From Altererythrobacter sp. (GTDB taxonomy: Bacteria; Pseudomonadota; Alphaproteobacteria; Sphingomonadales; Sphingomonadaceae): a stretch of DNA of 64,000 nucleotides. The position numbers and the translations under genes are program-made. The stretch lies in assembly GCA_023260985.1 (NCBI GenBank), contig JALRKY010000027.1, forward strand, positions 15,887-79,886, in the 5' to 3' direction. The notes under the pieces were generated by a model. The model worked only from the letters and a program-made list of their open reading frames with translations, did not search any database and was not told the DNA's origin. Below, piece after piece: positions 48,092-57,842 of the stretch. Every line of letters begins with the position of its first letter. The stretch's first letter is position 1.

Positions 48092-49128
48092 CAGGGAGCG
48101 ACGAATTCTAGCTCGGGCCCCGGCTCGACCCGGTAGCGACCGGCGGGAAATGCCTCGCCGTCAAGAATGAACTGGTCATCCAGCTCCATTTCGAACTGCG
48201 TCGCGCCAACCTGATGGAAGCCCCGTTCGCGCAGCCTGGGATTGGCCCAACCCATCATCACCGCCGGAACGAGCAGGGTTGTACGCCTGTCGATCTGGTC
48301 GAGCACGGCAAGTTTCAGCCCCTTGCGCAGAGCGCCGAAAGGCTTGAGCCGCGCGGGAAACCGTTCGAGCGTCGATGTCAGCAAGAATTGCCGCCGCGCT
48401 GCGTCGCCCTTGCCACTGTGCTGGAACGGTGCGCGCGCCTGGCCCAGCAGCAACTCCATCCGCACGCCGCGCCGCCAGGGATTGCGGCGCGTGCCGAATA
48501 CGGCTTGGAGCACTCCCCACAGCGTCGTGACGCCAACCGCCAGGCTGTTGAACGCCCCCAGCCGGTGCGCGCTTTGCCCAGCGCGCGTACCGATGGTGAA
48601 GGCTCCTGCACCCAGGATGAAGCCGAGCACCCGTGCGCCGGGTTGGTTGAGGGGAGTGATCGCAATCGGGCTGCGCAGTACGCGGCGGCCATTCTCGAAC
48701 GCGTCGATCGCGCCCTGCAGCGTCCAGTCACCCGGCGCGTCCAGATCCACAGTCAGCGCATTGGTCTTGCCCTTGGGCAGCACCGCGATCGCCGGCCAGT
48801 CATCGCCGAATATTGCGTCGCCGCAGGTCAGCACGTCGCGCACGGTACCGTCGCCGCCATTGATCACCAGAAGGTCGATCCGGCGCTCGGCCAGGCGCGC
48901 GAGCGCCTCAGGCAATTGCGAGCGATCGCCCGGCTGCGACACGATCACATCAGGCGCCACACGGCTACAGAGATCCTGCCCTTTGTTTCGGTGGCTGCGC
49001 GGATTGTAGATTAGGCCCACCGTCGGCGCCGCACCTTCGCCGCGCACGTTGTTGCGCTCGCGCCAGGCAGCCGCATCTTCCGCCGGCTTGCGCGGCAGGT
49101 CGGCAAAATCGTAAATCGGACTGACCAT
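48091..49128 (-). CDS. diacylglycerol-kinase-family lipid kinase (YegS/LCB5-like)
   Basis: NPRSHRN, LLVINGGDGTVRDVL catalytic-domain motif, 345 aa. Confidence 0.85.
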   Translation of the reverse strand: MVSPIYDFADLPRKPAEDAAAWRERNNVRGEGAAPTVGLIYNPRSHRNKGQDLCSRVAPDVIVSQPGDRSQLPEALARLAERRIDLLVINGGDGTVRDVLTCGDAIFGDDWPAIAVLPKGKTNALTVDLDAPGDWTLQGAIDAFENGRRVLRSPIAITPLNQPGARVLGFILGAGAFTIGTRAGQSAHRLGAFNSLAVGVTTLWGVLQAVFGTRRNPWRRGVRMELLLGQARAPFQHSGKGDAARRQFLLTSTLERFPARLKPFGALRKGLKLAVLDQIDRRTTLLVPAVMMGWANPRLRERGFHQVGATQFEMELDDQFILDGEAFPAGRYRVEPGPELEFVAP

Positions 49129-49278
49129 CGCACCCTGACCTTAGCGCCAAACCATAGCCATCCACTAGGCTTTTCTTGCTAGCGGAGGGTTTTCATTGGC
49201 CCGAGTGGCATCGCGACATCGCGTGGCCAGGCCTTCGAAATCGCTGGTCAACGCGCCGCGATTGGATAGATTGCGCGC

Positions 49279-50490
49279 ATGCTGACTGAGGACCTGCTCG
49301 ATTCCGCCCGCGGCCTCAGCGACGGAATCGTCGCCCTGCGCCGTGCCATCCACGCCGAACCCGAATTGGGCCTGCATACGCCCAAGACCATGGCGAAAGT
49401 GCGGGCAGCGCTGGCGGACCTGCCGCTGACATGGCGCGAAGGCCCGTCAACCACCGGGCAAGTCGCAACACTCGAGGGCGGCAAGCCCAGCGACGGACAG
49501 CGTCGCCGCGTCCTGCTGCGCGGCGACATGGATGCGCTGCCGATGGACGAGAAGACTAATCTCGACTTCGCATCGACCATCGCAGGGCGGATGCATGCCT
49601 GCGGCCATGATACGCACACAGCGATGCTGGCGGGTGCGGCACGATTGCTGTGCGCGCGGCGCGACGAGATCGCGGGCACTGTCGACTTCATGTTCCAGCC
49701 GGGCGAAGAGGGCTATCACGGCGCGCGCTTCATGCTTGAAGACGGGCTTATCGATCCACTACCCGATGCCGCCTTTGCGCTGCACATCATGCCCAATGCA
49801 CCTTTCGGCGTGCTGGCCGGGCGCCCCGGGCCGCTGCTGGCGGCGGCAGACCAGTTCACCATCAACCTCAGCGGGCAGGGCGGTCATGCGTCGATGCCGC
49901 ATGATTGCGTCGATCCGATCCCCGGCGCGGCTGCGCTGGTGGGAGCGATCCAGGCGATGGTCACGCGCCGCTTCAATGCGGCGAGTGCAGTGATCGTCAC
50001 CGTGACGCAGGTTCATGCGGGAACTGCGTTCAACGTTATCCCCGACGATTTGATGCTGGCGGGCACGATCCGCACTCTCAGCCCCGAGCACCGGCAAAAG
50101 GCCGAAGCGCTGCTGCGCGAAACGGCCGATCATGTCGCACGTGCACATGGCCTCACCGCCGAATGCAGTGTGAACCGGGGCTTCCCGGTGACGATCTGCG
50201 ACCAGCGCGCAGTGGCATTGGGCCAATCGGTTGCAACCGGGATCGGCGGCGAAGCCGGTTGGCGCGATCTTGCTGACCCGATCATGGGGGCGGAAGATTT
50301 CTCCTATGTGCTGGAGAAAGTGCCCGGCGCGATGTTCTTCCTCGGCGTCGCCAATGAAGGCGAGGATTGGCGGCAGTGCTGCGCTATCCATTCGCCGCGC
50401 ATGCATGTCGACGAGAAGGCGCTGCCCAAGGGCACCGCGATGCTAGCGGGCTGCGCGCTCAAATTTCTCGAAAGCGGCTGGGAAGGCTGA
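49279..50490 (+). CDS. M20 family amidohydrolase (hippurate hydrolase / N-acyl-amino-acid amidohydrolase type)
   Basis: LHTPKT, MHACGHDTHTAML, FQPGEEG, GQGGHASMPH, GAEDFSYV. Confidence 0.85.
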   Translation: MLTEDLLDSARGLSDGIVALRRAIHAEPELGLHTPKTMAKVRAALADLPLTWREGPSTTGQVATLEGGKPSDGQRRRVLLRGDMDALPMDEKTNLDFASTIAGRMHACGHDTHTAMLAGAARLLCARRDEIAGTVDFMFQPGEEGYHGARFMLEDGLIDPLPDAAFALHIMPNAPFGVLAGRPGPLLAAADQFTINLSGQGGHASMPHDCVDPIPGAAALVGAIQAMVTRRFNAASAVIVTVTQVHAGTAFNVIPDDLMLAGTIRTLSPEHRQKAEALLRETADHVARAHGLTAECSVNRGFPVTICDQRAVALGQSVATGIGGEAGWRDLADPIMGAEDFSYVLEKVPGAMFFLGVANEGEDWRQCCAIHSPRMHVDEKALPKGTAMLAGCALKFLESGWEG

Positions 50491-50519
50491 CCCCTCAAGG
50501 CAATTTGCAGCACTTACGC

Positions 50520-50550
50520 AAAAACCGGGGCCGCCCTTTGGCGGCCCCGG
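50520..50550 (-). terminator. rho-independent terminator after the MFS sugar transporter gene
   Basis: Minus strand CCGGGGCCGCC-AAAG-GGCGGCCCCGG followed by TTTTT, 46 nt after the stop at 50596. Confidence 0.62.
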
Positions 50551-50595
50551 TCGAGGGTGTCTGCGCTCCCCCCGAAGCGCAGGCTGGAGTAGTTG

Positions 50596-51885
50596 TCAGG
50601 CAGGCCTTCGGGCAAAGATACCGAAACCGGCGATGATCGCATAGCATAATGCCGGCAAAGCCAACGCAGTTGCAAGGCTGGTGGCGTCTGCAAGTGCGCC
50701 ATAAATCGTCGGGATCACTGCGCCGCCTGCAATCGCGACATTGATGATGCCCGATCCGTCGGCCGCGCGCGGCCCCAGCTTTTCGCAAGCGAGCGAGAAG
50801 ATTGTGGGGAACATGATCGAGTTCATCAGGCCCACCGCCAGCAGCGAATAGCCTGCCACTTCGCCGGTCGAGTTGGCCGAAATTGCGATCAGCGTGATCG
50901 CGCCAGTGGCAACGGTCGCCAGCAGCAGGCCCGGGCTGACCACGCGCAGCAGGCCCGAGCCGATGAAGCGGCCGACCAGCGCACCGCCCCAGTAGAGCGA
51001 GATGAGCTTGCCCGCTTCCTGCTCCGGAATGTTGAGCACCTCAGCCTGCATCAGATAGTTCACGATGAAGCTGCCGATCGCCACTTCGGCGCCGACATAA
51101 AGGAAGATGCACGCCGCGCCATAGCCGAATCGTGGGTGCTTCAGCAGAGTCAGCCCTTCGCTGAAGCTGGTTTCCTCATGCCGCTCGCCCTTGAGCCGGT
51201 TGCGGAACATCCACACGACTCCGGCGACCACGGCCAGCGCAGTGGCTAGGCCAAGGTAGCCATTCACGATCGCCTGCGTTTCGGCGGTGCGGTAGGCGTC
51301 GAGCTCTGCGCCTGACAGCTCGGCAGCAGTGATGGAGGCAAGGCTTCCCAGTATCAGTATCGACCCGAAATAGGGAAAGATCGTGGTGCCCAGCGAGTTG
51401 AACGCCTGCGCAAAGGTCAGGCGGCTGTGGGTGGTCTTGACCGGGCCGAGCAGGCTGATCAGCGGATTGGCGACGATCTGGACCAGCACGACGCCGGTCG
51501 CGAGAATGAAATAGGCGAACAGGAACACGCCGAACACTGCCGACTGGCTTGCCGGGATGAACAGCAGGCAGCCCACCAGCATCGTCAGCAGACCCGCCAC
51601 TGCGCCGCGCATATAGCCGATCTTCTTCACGAAACGCGCACCCGGAATGCCCACCACCGCATAGGCAATGAAGAAGCAGAACTGGACGAGGCTCGCCTCG
51701 AAGAAGCTCAACGTGAAGAGCTCCTTCAGCTTGGGGATGATCACGTCATTGAGCGAAGTGATACCGCCGAAGATGAAGAACAGGCCGAAGACGAAATAGT
51801 TCAGGCCGGGCGCATCGATCGGAGTGCCGTGTTCCTCGACCAGAACCGGATCCGTACTCGACGCAACATCAGGTACCAACGCCAT
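50596..51885 (-). CDS. MFS glucose/galactose (FucP-family) transporter
   Basis: FFIFGGITSLNDVIIPKLKELF signature of the FucP/GluP family, 12 TM-like segments. Confidence 0.85.
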   Translation of the reverse strand: MALVPDVASSTDPVLVEEHGTPIDAPGLNYFVFGLFFIFGGITSLNDVIIPKLKELFTLSFFEASLVQFCFFIAYAVVGIPGARFVKKIGYMRGAVAGLLTMLVGCLLFIPASQSAVFGVFLFAYFILATGVVLVQIVANPLISLLGPVKTTHSRLTFAQAFNSLGTTIFPYFGSILILGSLASITAAELSGAELDAYRTAETQAIVNGYLGLATALAVVAGVVWMFRNRLKGERHEETSFSEGLTLLKHPRFGYGAACIFLYVGAEVAIGSFIVNYLMQAEVLNIPEQEAGKLISLYWGGALVGRFIGSGLLRVVSPGLLLATVATGAITLIAISANSTGEVAGYSLLAVGLMNSIMFPTIFSLACEKLGPRAADGSGIINVAIAGGAVIPTIYGALADATSLATALALPALCYAIIAGFGIFARRPA

Positions 51886-51997
51886 TCAGATTCTCCCCCA
51901 AAGGCCGGTCTTCGCCAGCCTTGATCTATTGGTCGGGCAAATTAGCGGCGCCCGTGCCGCAGTCCACCTGTATACGAATGCACCGCTGTTTCCCTGT

Positions 51998-54379
51998 TCA
52001 GAACGAACATTCAGTTCCTTCGGGCATGTCCTGCCGCGCAATCGCTGCCACGCTCAAGGTCACGGAGCCTCCAGAGGCGATCGTGATGCCGTCGCCAAGG
52101 CCCGGGGCGCATTTCGCGGTGATCACCATCTCGCGCCAGCCCTTGCCCTCGGCATGGGCAAGCTGGCTGGTAATGTCGATTGCGGTTTCGCCGATCTTCA
52201 GCGTGACGGGTGCGCGCGGACGCTCGGCAATCGCATAGAGGATGCGGAATCCGCCCACTCCTTCGCCATCTTGCGCGATGGTGAGCTCGGTACCCGGGTC
52301 GAACGCGATTTCGCGGGCATCCTCCTGCCGCTCCTTGTCGATGCCGCGCGCGGTTATGCCGCCGCCCTGGCCGCGCAGGTTTGGCAGTTCGACGCCGCCT
52401 GCTTTCGCAACAATCCCGTCGGCAATCCTGCCGTTGCCATACCAATCGGTGGCCGCGGCGCCGTTCTGCAGCGCGCAGCTTTCGTCAAGCTGCGAGAAAT
52501 CGCCGCTATCGGACAGCGAGAGGCCGTACCCGAGGCGGAACAGCGCGCCATCCACGCCATTGACCGGCGTTCCGATGCATCGCGCGGGCCAGCTGAACGA
52601 AAGCCGCCCGGTCGCTTCGCGCTTGCCGAACAGCACATCGGCCAAGCCGTCCCCTTCGCTGCCCGGCAGCCACGAAGCGACGAAAGCATCGGCGGCATTG
52701 AGCTCGCGGTTTATCCACAAGGGACGGCCCGAGAGGAACACTGCGACCGCGGGAATTGCTTCGGCCTTGAACTTGCGCAGCAGCTCCAGCCCCTCTTCGT
52801 CGTCGAACAAGAGGTTCTTCCTGTCGCCCGCGAACTCGGCATAGGGCTGTTCGCCAAACACCACGATCGCGATGTCGGGGCGGGACTGGAAGCTGCCATC
52901 CTCCGAAAGCAAAGCAGTTCCACCGGTTTCGGCTGCCGCCTGCGCAATTCCAGCAAAAATGGAAGTCGCGCCGGGGAAATAGTCATTGGTCAGCTCGCGG
53001 CCGCCCTGCCATGTCAGCGTCCAACCGCCCGCAGCCTGTGCAATACTGTCTGCCGCGCGCCCGGCCACGAGGATCGAAGCGCCCTGCTTCAGCGGCAAAA
53101 CGCCATTGTTCTTGAGGATCACCTGAGACTTGGCGACGGCTTCGCGCGCTATAGCGCGGTGCTCGGCAGAGCCCAGCTTGCCCATGTCTCCTGCGTTCGG
53201 CCGGGCCGAGGGCTTGACCGCTTGCGGGCCGATGATCCCAGCGCGCAGCTTGACCCGCAATACACGCCCGACCGCCTCATCGAGTCGCGCCATCGGGATC
53301 GTTCCGTCCTTCACCTGCGCGACGAGGCTTTCGAGCAGGCCCTTCCAATCGTCAGGCACCATGTAGATATCGATCCCGGCGAGCAGCGCCTGCGGGCAAT
53401 CGGCAACGGTGCAGCCCTTGATCTGGCCATGCCCGTTCCAGTCGCCCACGACCAGCCCGTCAAACCCCATTTCCTCGCGCAGGACGCCGGTGAGCAACGG
53501 CTTGCTGCCATGCATCTTCACGCCATTGATCGAATTGAAGCTGGCCATGACTGCTTCGACACCAGCGTCGATCGCAGCGGGGTACGGCACGGCATGGGTC
53601 GCCTTCAAAACCTCGATGTCGCCGTTCACTTCGCCCTGGTCGACGCCATGCTCGGTCCCGCCATCGCCGAAGAAATGCTTGGCGGTGGCGATCACCCTTC
53701 CGCTGCCGAGGAAGTCGTCTGCGCCCTTGCGGCCCTGCAGCCCTTCAACCAGGGCCGCACCCATGCGAGCCACGAGCCAGGGGTCTTCGGAATAGCTTTC
53801 GTAAGTACGGCCCCAGCGGTCATCACGCGCCACGGCTACCGTGGGCGAGAAGTTCCAGTCGATCCCGGTAACTTCGATCTCGGTCGCGGTGGCAGCGCCG
53901 ATCTGCCGCACGATATCGGGATCATGCGTCGCGCCCAGCCCGATGTTGTGCGGGAAGATCGTGGCCCCGAACACATTGGTGTGGCCGTGGACGGCATCGG
54001 TGCCCCACATGGTCGGAATGACGGGTTCATTGCCGGCAAGTGGCTTTGCCGATGCTTCCCACATCTCGTCGGCCAGCCGGAGCCATTCCGAGGCCGGGGC
54101 GAACTCGTCGCCATATGGCCCACCATTGCCGCCATTGAGGTAGCTGCCGAAGCGATAACGCTCCATGTCCTCGGCGGTGAAGGAATTGATCTGCGGTTGG
54201 ATGAGCTGAGCAACCTTACGCTCGAGGCTCATCCGCGCAAGCAAATCAGCGACTGGCGCATCTTCAGTAGAAGCTGCAGATAGCGGCGCGGGCCGCGCAG
54301 GCTCCCCCAGTGTATCCAGCGCTGTCGTGCAGCCACCCAAGCCGATTGCGGCCGCAAGGATCAGTGCACCAAATCGCAT
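51998..54379 (-). CDS. glycoside hydrolase family 3 beta-glucosidase / exo-beta-1,3-1,4-glucanase, lipoprotein
   Basis: Start ATG 54379 (MRFGALILAAAIGLGGC lipobox). GTDAVHGH, ARDDRWGRTYESYSEDP, KHFFGDGGT, VVGDWNGH nucleophile region, plus an extra C-terminal domain. Confidence 0.9.
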   Translation of the reverse strand: MRFGALILAAAIGLGGCTTALDTLGEPARPAPLSAASTEDAPVADLLARMSLERKVAQLIQPQINSFTAEDMERYRFGSYLNGGNGGPYGDEFAPASEWLRLADEMWEASAKPLAGNEPVIPTMWGTDAVHGHTNVFGATIFPHNIGLGATHDPDIVRQIGAATATEIEVTGIDWNFSPTVAVARDDRWGRTYESYSEDPWLVARMGAALVEGLQGRKGADDFLGSGRVIATAKHFFGDGGTEHGVDQGEVNGDIEVLKATHAVPYPAAIDAGVEAVMASFNSINGVKMHGSKPLLTGVLREEMGFDGLVVGDWNGHGQIKGCTVADCPQALLAGIDIYMVPDDWKGLLESLVAQVKDGTIPMARLDEAVGRVLRVKLRAGIIGPQAVKPSARPNAGDMGKLGSAEHRAIAREAVAKSQVILKNNGVLPLKQGASILVAGRAADSIAQAAGGWTLTWQGGRELTNDYFPGATSIFAGIAQAAAETGGTALLSEDGSFQSRPDIAIVVFGEQPYAEFAGDRKNLLFDDEEGLELLRKFKAEAIPAVAVFLSGRPLWINRELNAADAFVASWLPGSEGDGLADVLFGKREATGRLSFSWPARCIGTPVNGVDGALFRLGYGLSLSDSGDFSQLDESCALQNGAAATDWYGNGRIADGIVAKAGGVELPNLRGQGGGITARGIDKERQEDAREIAFDPGTELTIAQDGEGVGGFRILYAIAERPRAPVTLKIGETAIDITSQLAHAEGKGWREMVITAKCAPGLGDGITIASGGSVTLSVAAIARQDMPEGTECSF

Positions 54380-54436
54380 CGAAACATCCCCTTCCCAAGG
54401 ATGAAGGCACCCCATCCCATTGAGGGGAACGTTAAA

Positions 54437-54450
54437 TGAGAACGTTCTCA
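54437..54450. promoter_or_regulatory. LacI-type operator, perfect 14-bp palindrome TGAGAACGTTCTCA
   Basis: Read directly. It fits TGNNANCGNTNNCA, lies 58-71 nt upstream of the GH3 ATG, and a second AACGTT core sits 12 bp away (54429-54434). Confidence 0.55.
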
Positions 54451-54490
54451 ATGGCAAGCGCCGATGAATGGTTAGCGTAAAATCAAACGA

Positions 54491-55693
54491 CTACATGGGC
54501 CGCGCGATCGCAGCGACCAGCAGCGAGGCCAGGGCGCAAAGCGCCGCCAGCACCCAGAACAATCCGGCGAAGCCGAAGAGCGGCACGAGCGACAGCGTGA
54601 GCCAGGGAATAATCATCGAAGGAACGGTATTGGTGAGGTTGAACAGGCCGAGATCACGCCCGCGTGTTTGCGGCCGCGGCAGGACCCGCAAGGTCTGGCC
54701 CGAATGCAGGGCCAGGAACAGCATCGAAGCGACGCCGAACAGCATGTAGCCCGCGATGGCGAATTCGAGGCTAGGCGCAAGCGCCATCATCGCCAGCCCC
54801 GCTGCGGAAATGCCTGCGCTTACAGCCAGCGGCAACATCGGCCGGCGTTCCCGGTCGGACCATCGCCCTACAAACAGCGCCAGCGGCACCGCCACGACCA
54901 GCACCGTGCTGAAGAGCCGCGCCGCATCGTTCCCGCCATAGCCGGGCGCGAGCGAGCGGAGCCAAAACAGCAGGAAGGCGAACAGCGCGGCTTCGGCAAT
55001 CTGCACCAGCAGCCGCGCCAACCACATGCGGGCGACAGCCGAGCGCGACCGCCTCGGTTCGACGGGCTCGCCAGCGATGGGAGCCGTGGGTGACATCAGT
55101 CGCGGCAATTCATGGTCGCGCCCAAAAATCAGAACCGGGGCAACCATCGCGACCACCAGCATCGCCACCACAACCAGTCGCGAGTCATCCCCCGCAAATC
55201 CCGGCGTCGTCACCAGTGCCGCCGAAAGCCCCCCGAGCGCAGGGGCGAATGCGAACAATCCGCCGAGCAGCCCCTTTTGCTCGTCGGGCACGCAGTCCCC
55301 GGCCCATGCCGCGAGCGGGCCGAGCATCATGTTGAGGCAAAGTTGCCAAGCCATGATCACGAGGATCAGCCCGGTCACGCTGTCGGCGTATCGAACCGCC
55401 ACCAGCAGCGCGCTCGAAAGCAGCAGCCCAGCCGCGATCCACCCCGGGCGGCTGCCGCTCCGGTCGCTGAGCCAGCCGAAGCCGATATTGGCAAGGCTGG
55501 CCACGATCGCCCCGGTGAAGGTGGCATAGGAAAGCGCCTGTATATCGTTGCTGCCGGTAAGGTCGGAAATCCGCACCGGCAGCAGCACGGTCAGGAAAGG
55601 AACATAGGCGACCGCGCCGCCAGCGGCTGCAAGCGCCAGCAGGAGGATAAACCACAGCGGCTGGGGCGCTGGCGGCGAAGTCTCAGGCGCCAT
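54491..55693 (-). CDS. MFS transporter (candidate oligosaccharide importer)
   Basis: 12 TM-like helices. Start ATG 55693 (MAPETSPPAPQPLWFILLL) overlaps the LacI stop by 11 nt. Confidence 0.78.
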   Translation of the reverse strand: MAPETSPPAPQPLWFILLLALAAAGGAVAYVPFLTVLLPVRISDLTGSNDIQALSYATFTGAIVASLANIGFGWLSDRSGSRPGWIAAGLLLSSALLVAVRYADSVTGLILVIMAWQLCLNMMLGPLAAWAGDCVPDEQKGLLGGLFAFAPALGGLSAALVTTPGFAGDDSRLVVVAMLVVAMVAPVLIFGRDHELPRLMSPTAPIAGEPVEPRRSRSAVARMWLARLLVQIAEAALFAFLLFWLRSLAPGYGGNDAARLFSTVLVVAVPLALFVGRWSDRERRPMLPLAVSAGISAAGLAMMALAPSLEFAIAGYMLFGVASMLFLALHSGQTLRVLPRPQTRGRDLGLFNLTNTVPSMIIPWLTLSLVPLFGFAGLFWVLAALCALASLLVAAIARPM

Positions 55694-56747
55694 TCGTGCG
55701 CGGCGCCGGTCCGATCGAAGCGCGTTCGACAAAAGCGGCGGCGACATTTACCGGATCGCCTGGCCTCGGCTCGCCGCCCGCAGCCTGGATCAGCAGTTCG
55801 ACCGCGCGCGCAATCGTGGCGGCGATGGGCTGGTCGATGGCAGCCAACGGCGGCTCGGTGAAGCGCACGGTGGGCGTGTTGTCGAAACTGATCAGGGAAA
55901 GGTCGTCGGGAATGCGCAGGCCCCGATCGCGCGCGATTTCAACCGTCGCCGTGGCCATCTGGTCACTTGAAGCGATGATCGCCGTGGGCCGATCGGCAAG
56001 GTCGAGCAGCTTCTGCGCCGCGGCAAGGCCACTGGCGAAACCAAAATCGCCGCGCACGCACAGATCGTCAATGGCTAGGCCCGCCCCTTCCAACGCGCTA
56101 CGCCAGCCATCGATGCGCCAGTCGGCAATCTGGTAATCGGTCGGCCCGGCAATGAACCCGATGCGTTTGTGGCCTAGTTCAATCAGGCGGCGGGTCGCGA
56201 GCCGGGCCGCCCCTTCGTCATCCATCGTCATTGGCAGGCCCGGGCCGGGCTCGCGCGAACCGATCCGCGCGAAAGGGATCTTTTGCGCCGCGAGCAGATC
56301 CGTGATCAGTGGATTGTAGGAGTGCGGCGGGGTCAGGATGATCCCGTCCGGTTGGAGCGCGGCAATCGCCGCCTTGAGTTCGCGCTCGACGTGGTCGTTA
56401 TGCGTGTCGACCAATTCGAAGATCATGCGATAGCCATGCTCTGCACATTTGAGCATGCCGCCGAGCAGCATCTGGTCGACCCAGTCTGTGCCCTGGCGCG
56501 ACTTCCAGTGCTCGATCGTGCGCTCGCGATCATTGAGTGCAAGGATTAGATAGGAGCGCGATCCGCTCATCCGCTGCGCCGCAATCGAGGGAACATAGCC
56601 CAGCCGGTCGATCGAATCCTGCACCCGCTGCTTCATCGCGGGGCGAACATTGGGCTCATTATTGATGACGCGACTGACCGTCTGCAGGGAAACCCCCGCA
56701 TCCTCGGCTACATGCCGAATGGTAACTGCCTGCCGCCTGCGTGCCAT
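55683..56747 (-). CDS. LacI-family transcriptional regulator
   Basis: HTH VTIRHVAEDAGVSLQTVSRVINN plus a periplasmic-binding-protein-like sugar domain. Confidence 0.9.
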   Translation of the reverse strand: MARRRQAVTIRHVAEDAGVSLQTVSRVINNEPNVRPAMKQRVQDSIDRLGYVPSIAAQRMSGSRSYLILALNDRERTIEHWKSRQGTDWVDQMLLGGMLKCAEHGYRMIFELVDTHNDHVERELKAAIAALQPDGIILTPPHSYNPLITDLLAAQKIPFARIGSREPGPGLPMTMDDEGAARLATRRLIELGHKRIGFIAGPTDYQIADWRIDGWRSALEGAGLAIDDLCVRGDFGFASGLAAAQKLLDLADRPTAIIASSDQMATATVEIARDRGLRIPDDLSLISFDNTPTVRFTEPPLAAIDQPIAATIARAVELLIQAAGGEPRPGDPVNVAAAFVERASIGPAPRTNGA

Positions 56748-56750
56748 TCC

Positions 56751-57719
56751 TTACTGATTCCCGCCCCGGATACAGGCCCTGCCGGTAGCCTTATCTTCCG
56801 AGCATTGCCAGACGCGAACCCAATCGATTTCCATCTGCTTGGGGAAACCCGCTTCGGAAACGCCTCCAAGGCCGCGCCTTTCGGCAAGCCCCCCCCCGAT
56901 CGCGAGGTTGAGGATCAGGTGGAAACGCCGGTCGAAGGGGGCATTCGGATCGTCGCTTTCGGTCGTGAACCACTCATCCGCAGTGCGACTGGCAAAGGGC
57001 TTCCCGTCGACAGTCCAGGTGAAACTGCCCTCCGCCCAAATAACGCCAAATGTGTGAAACCCGCCGTCGAGCACGGGGGAATAGCTGATTTCGGTGCTGG
57101 CCAGCTTGTTGTCCGGCCAGCCGCCGCCGAAATGCAACGTGCCTAGGATCGTGTCCTCGCGCCCGCTTTTGCAGTTCTCGCATGGCACGCCGAGATTGAC
57201 CGCCTCGAGGATGTCAATCTCTCCCGAGCGCGCCCATCCGCCATAGACATTGTCTTCCGGCAACATCCAGATCGCTGGCCAGGTGCCCTGGCCTTGCGGT
57301 AGTTTCGCGCGGACTTCGATCTTGCCATATTTCCAGGCGGCCTTCCCGCGTGTGACCACCCGCGCACTGCTGAAGGGCTGGACCTTGGTTGCTTGCGGAT
57401 CCCCGAATTGCGCCGCGAGGGCCGGTGGACGGGCTGGCCCTTTGCTCCGCTCCTTGTGCGCGGTGATCACCAGCTTGCCATCCTCGATCGCCGCGTTGCG
57501 AAGGCGGTCAGTATAGCATTGGCGCTCGTCATTGCCGCCACCCCAGCAATCGACATCGAAGTCCCACTTGGCACGGTCGATTTGCGGGCCGTCGAATTCG
57601 TCCGACCACACCAGTTCCCAGCCGGCGTCTGGGTTGTCGTCGGGCTCGATTGCCGATGCCCAGCTAGACGCAAGCAGCATCGCGCCGAGTGGCAGCAAAG
57701 CGAATTTCTTCATATTCAT
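56751..57719 (-). CDS. glycoside hydrolase family 16 endo-beta-1,3-glucanase (laminarinase-like), secreted
   Basis: Start MNMKKFALLPLGAMLLASSWASA. WSDEFDG, WPAIWMLP, catalytic GEIDILEA (ExDxxE). Confidence 0.87.
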   Translation of the reverse strand: MNMKKFALLPLGAMLLASSWASAIEPDDNPDAGWELVWSDEFDGPQIDRAKWDFDVDCWGGGNDERQCYTDRLRNAAIEDGKLVITAHKERSKGPARPPALAAQFGDPQATKVQPFSSARVVTRGKAAWKYGKIEVRAKLPQGQGTWPAIWMLPEDNVYGGWARSGEIDILEAVNLGVPCENCKSGREDTILGTLHFGGGWPDNKLASTEISYSPVLDGGFHTFGVIWAEGSFTWTVDGKPFASRTADEWFTTESDDPNAPFDRRFHLILNLAIGGGLAERRGLGGVSEAGFPKQMEIDWVRVWQCSEDKATGRACIRGGNQ

Positions 57720-57774
57720 CCCCCCAAATGGCCCGACGAGAAGCGGCAGGGCAGGGCGCTTCCAATCGCGCGGG

Positions 57775-57822
57775 CCAAAATGCCGAAGCGGGCCCCCGCC
57801 CAATGGCAGGAACCCGCTCGGC
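57775..57822 (-). terminator. possible hairpin terminator after the TonB-dependent receptor gene
   Basis: Minus strand GCCGAGCGGG ... CCCGCTTCGGC (one bulge, 20-nt loop) followed by ATTTTGG. Weak. Confidence 0.3.
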
Positions 57823-57842
57823 TTGCAGCATAAAGGCCCTGT

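Noticed and set aside
51824-54283. An 819-aa plus-strand ORF, the same length as the GH3 ORF on the other strand.
   Set aside because: It is exactly antisense to a well-supported GH3 gene. Its translation is Arg/Ala/Gly-rich with no motifs, typical of stop-codon-poor antisense frames in high-GC DNA.
54427-54443. GAAC...GAAC direct repeat read as an alphaproteobacterial LexA (SOS) box.
   Set aside because: The spacing is 9 nt, not the 7 nt of GAAC-N7-GAAC. The palindromic TGAGAACGTTCTCA reading fits a LacI operator, and a LacI gene is in the locus.
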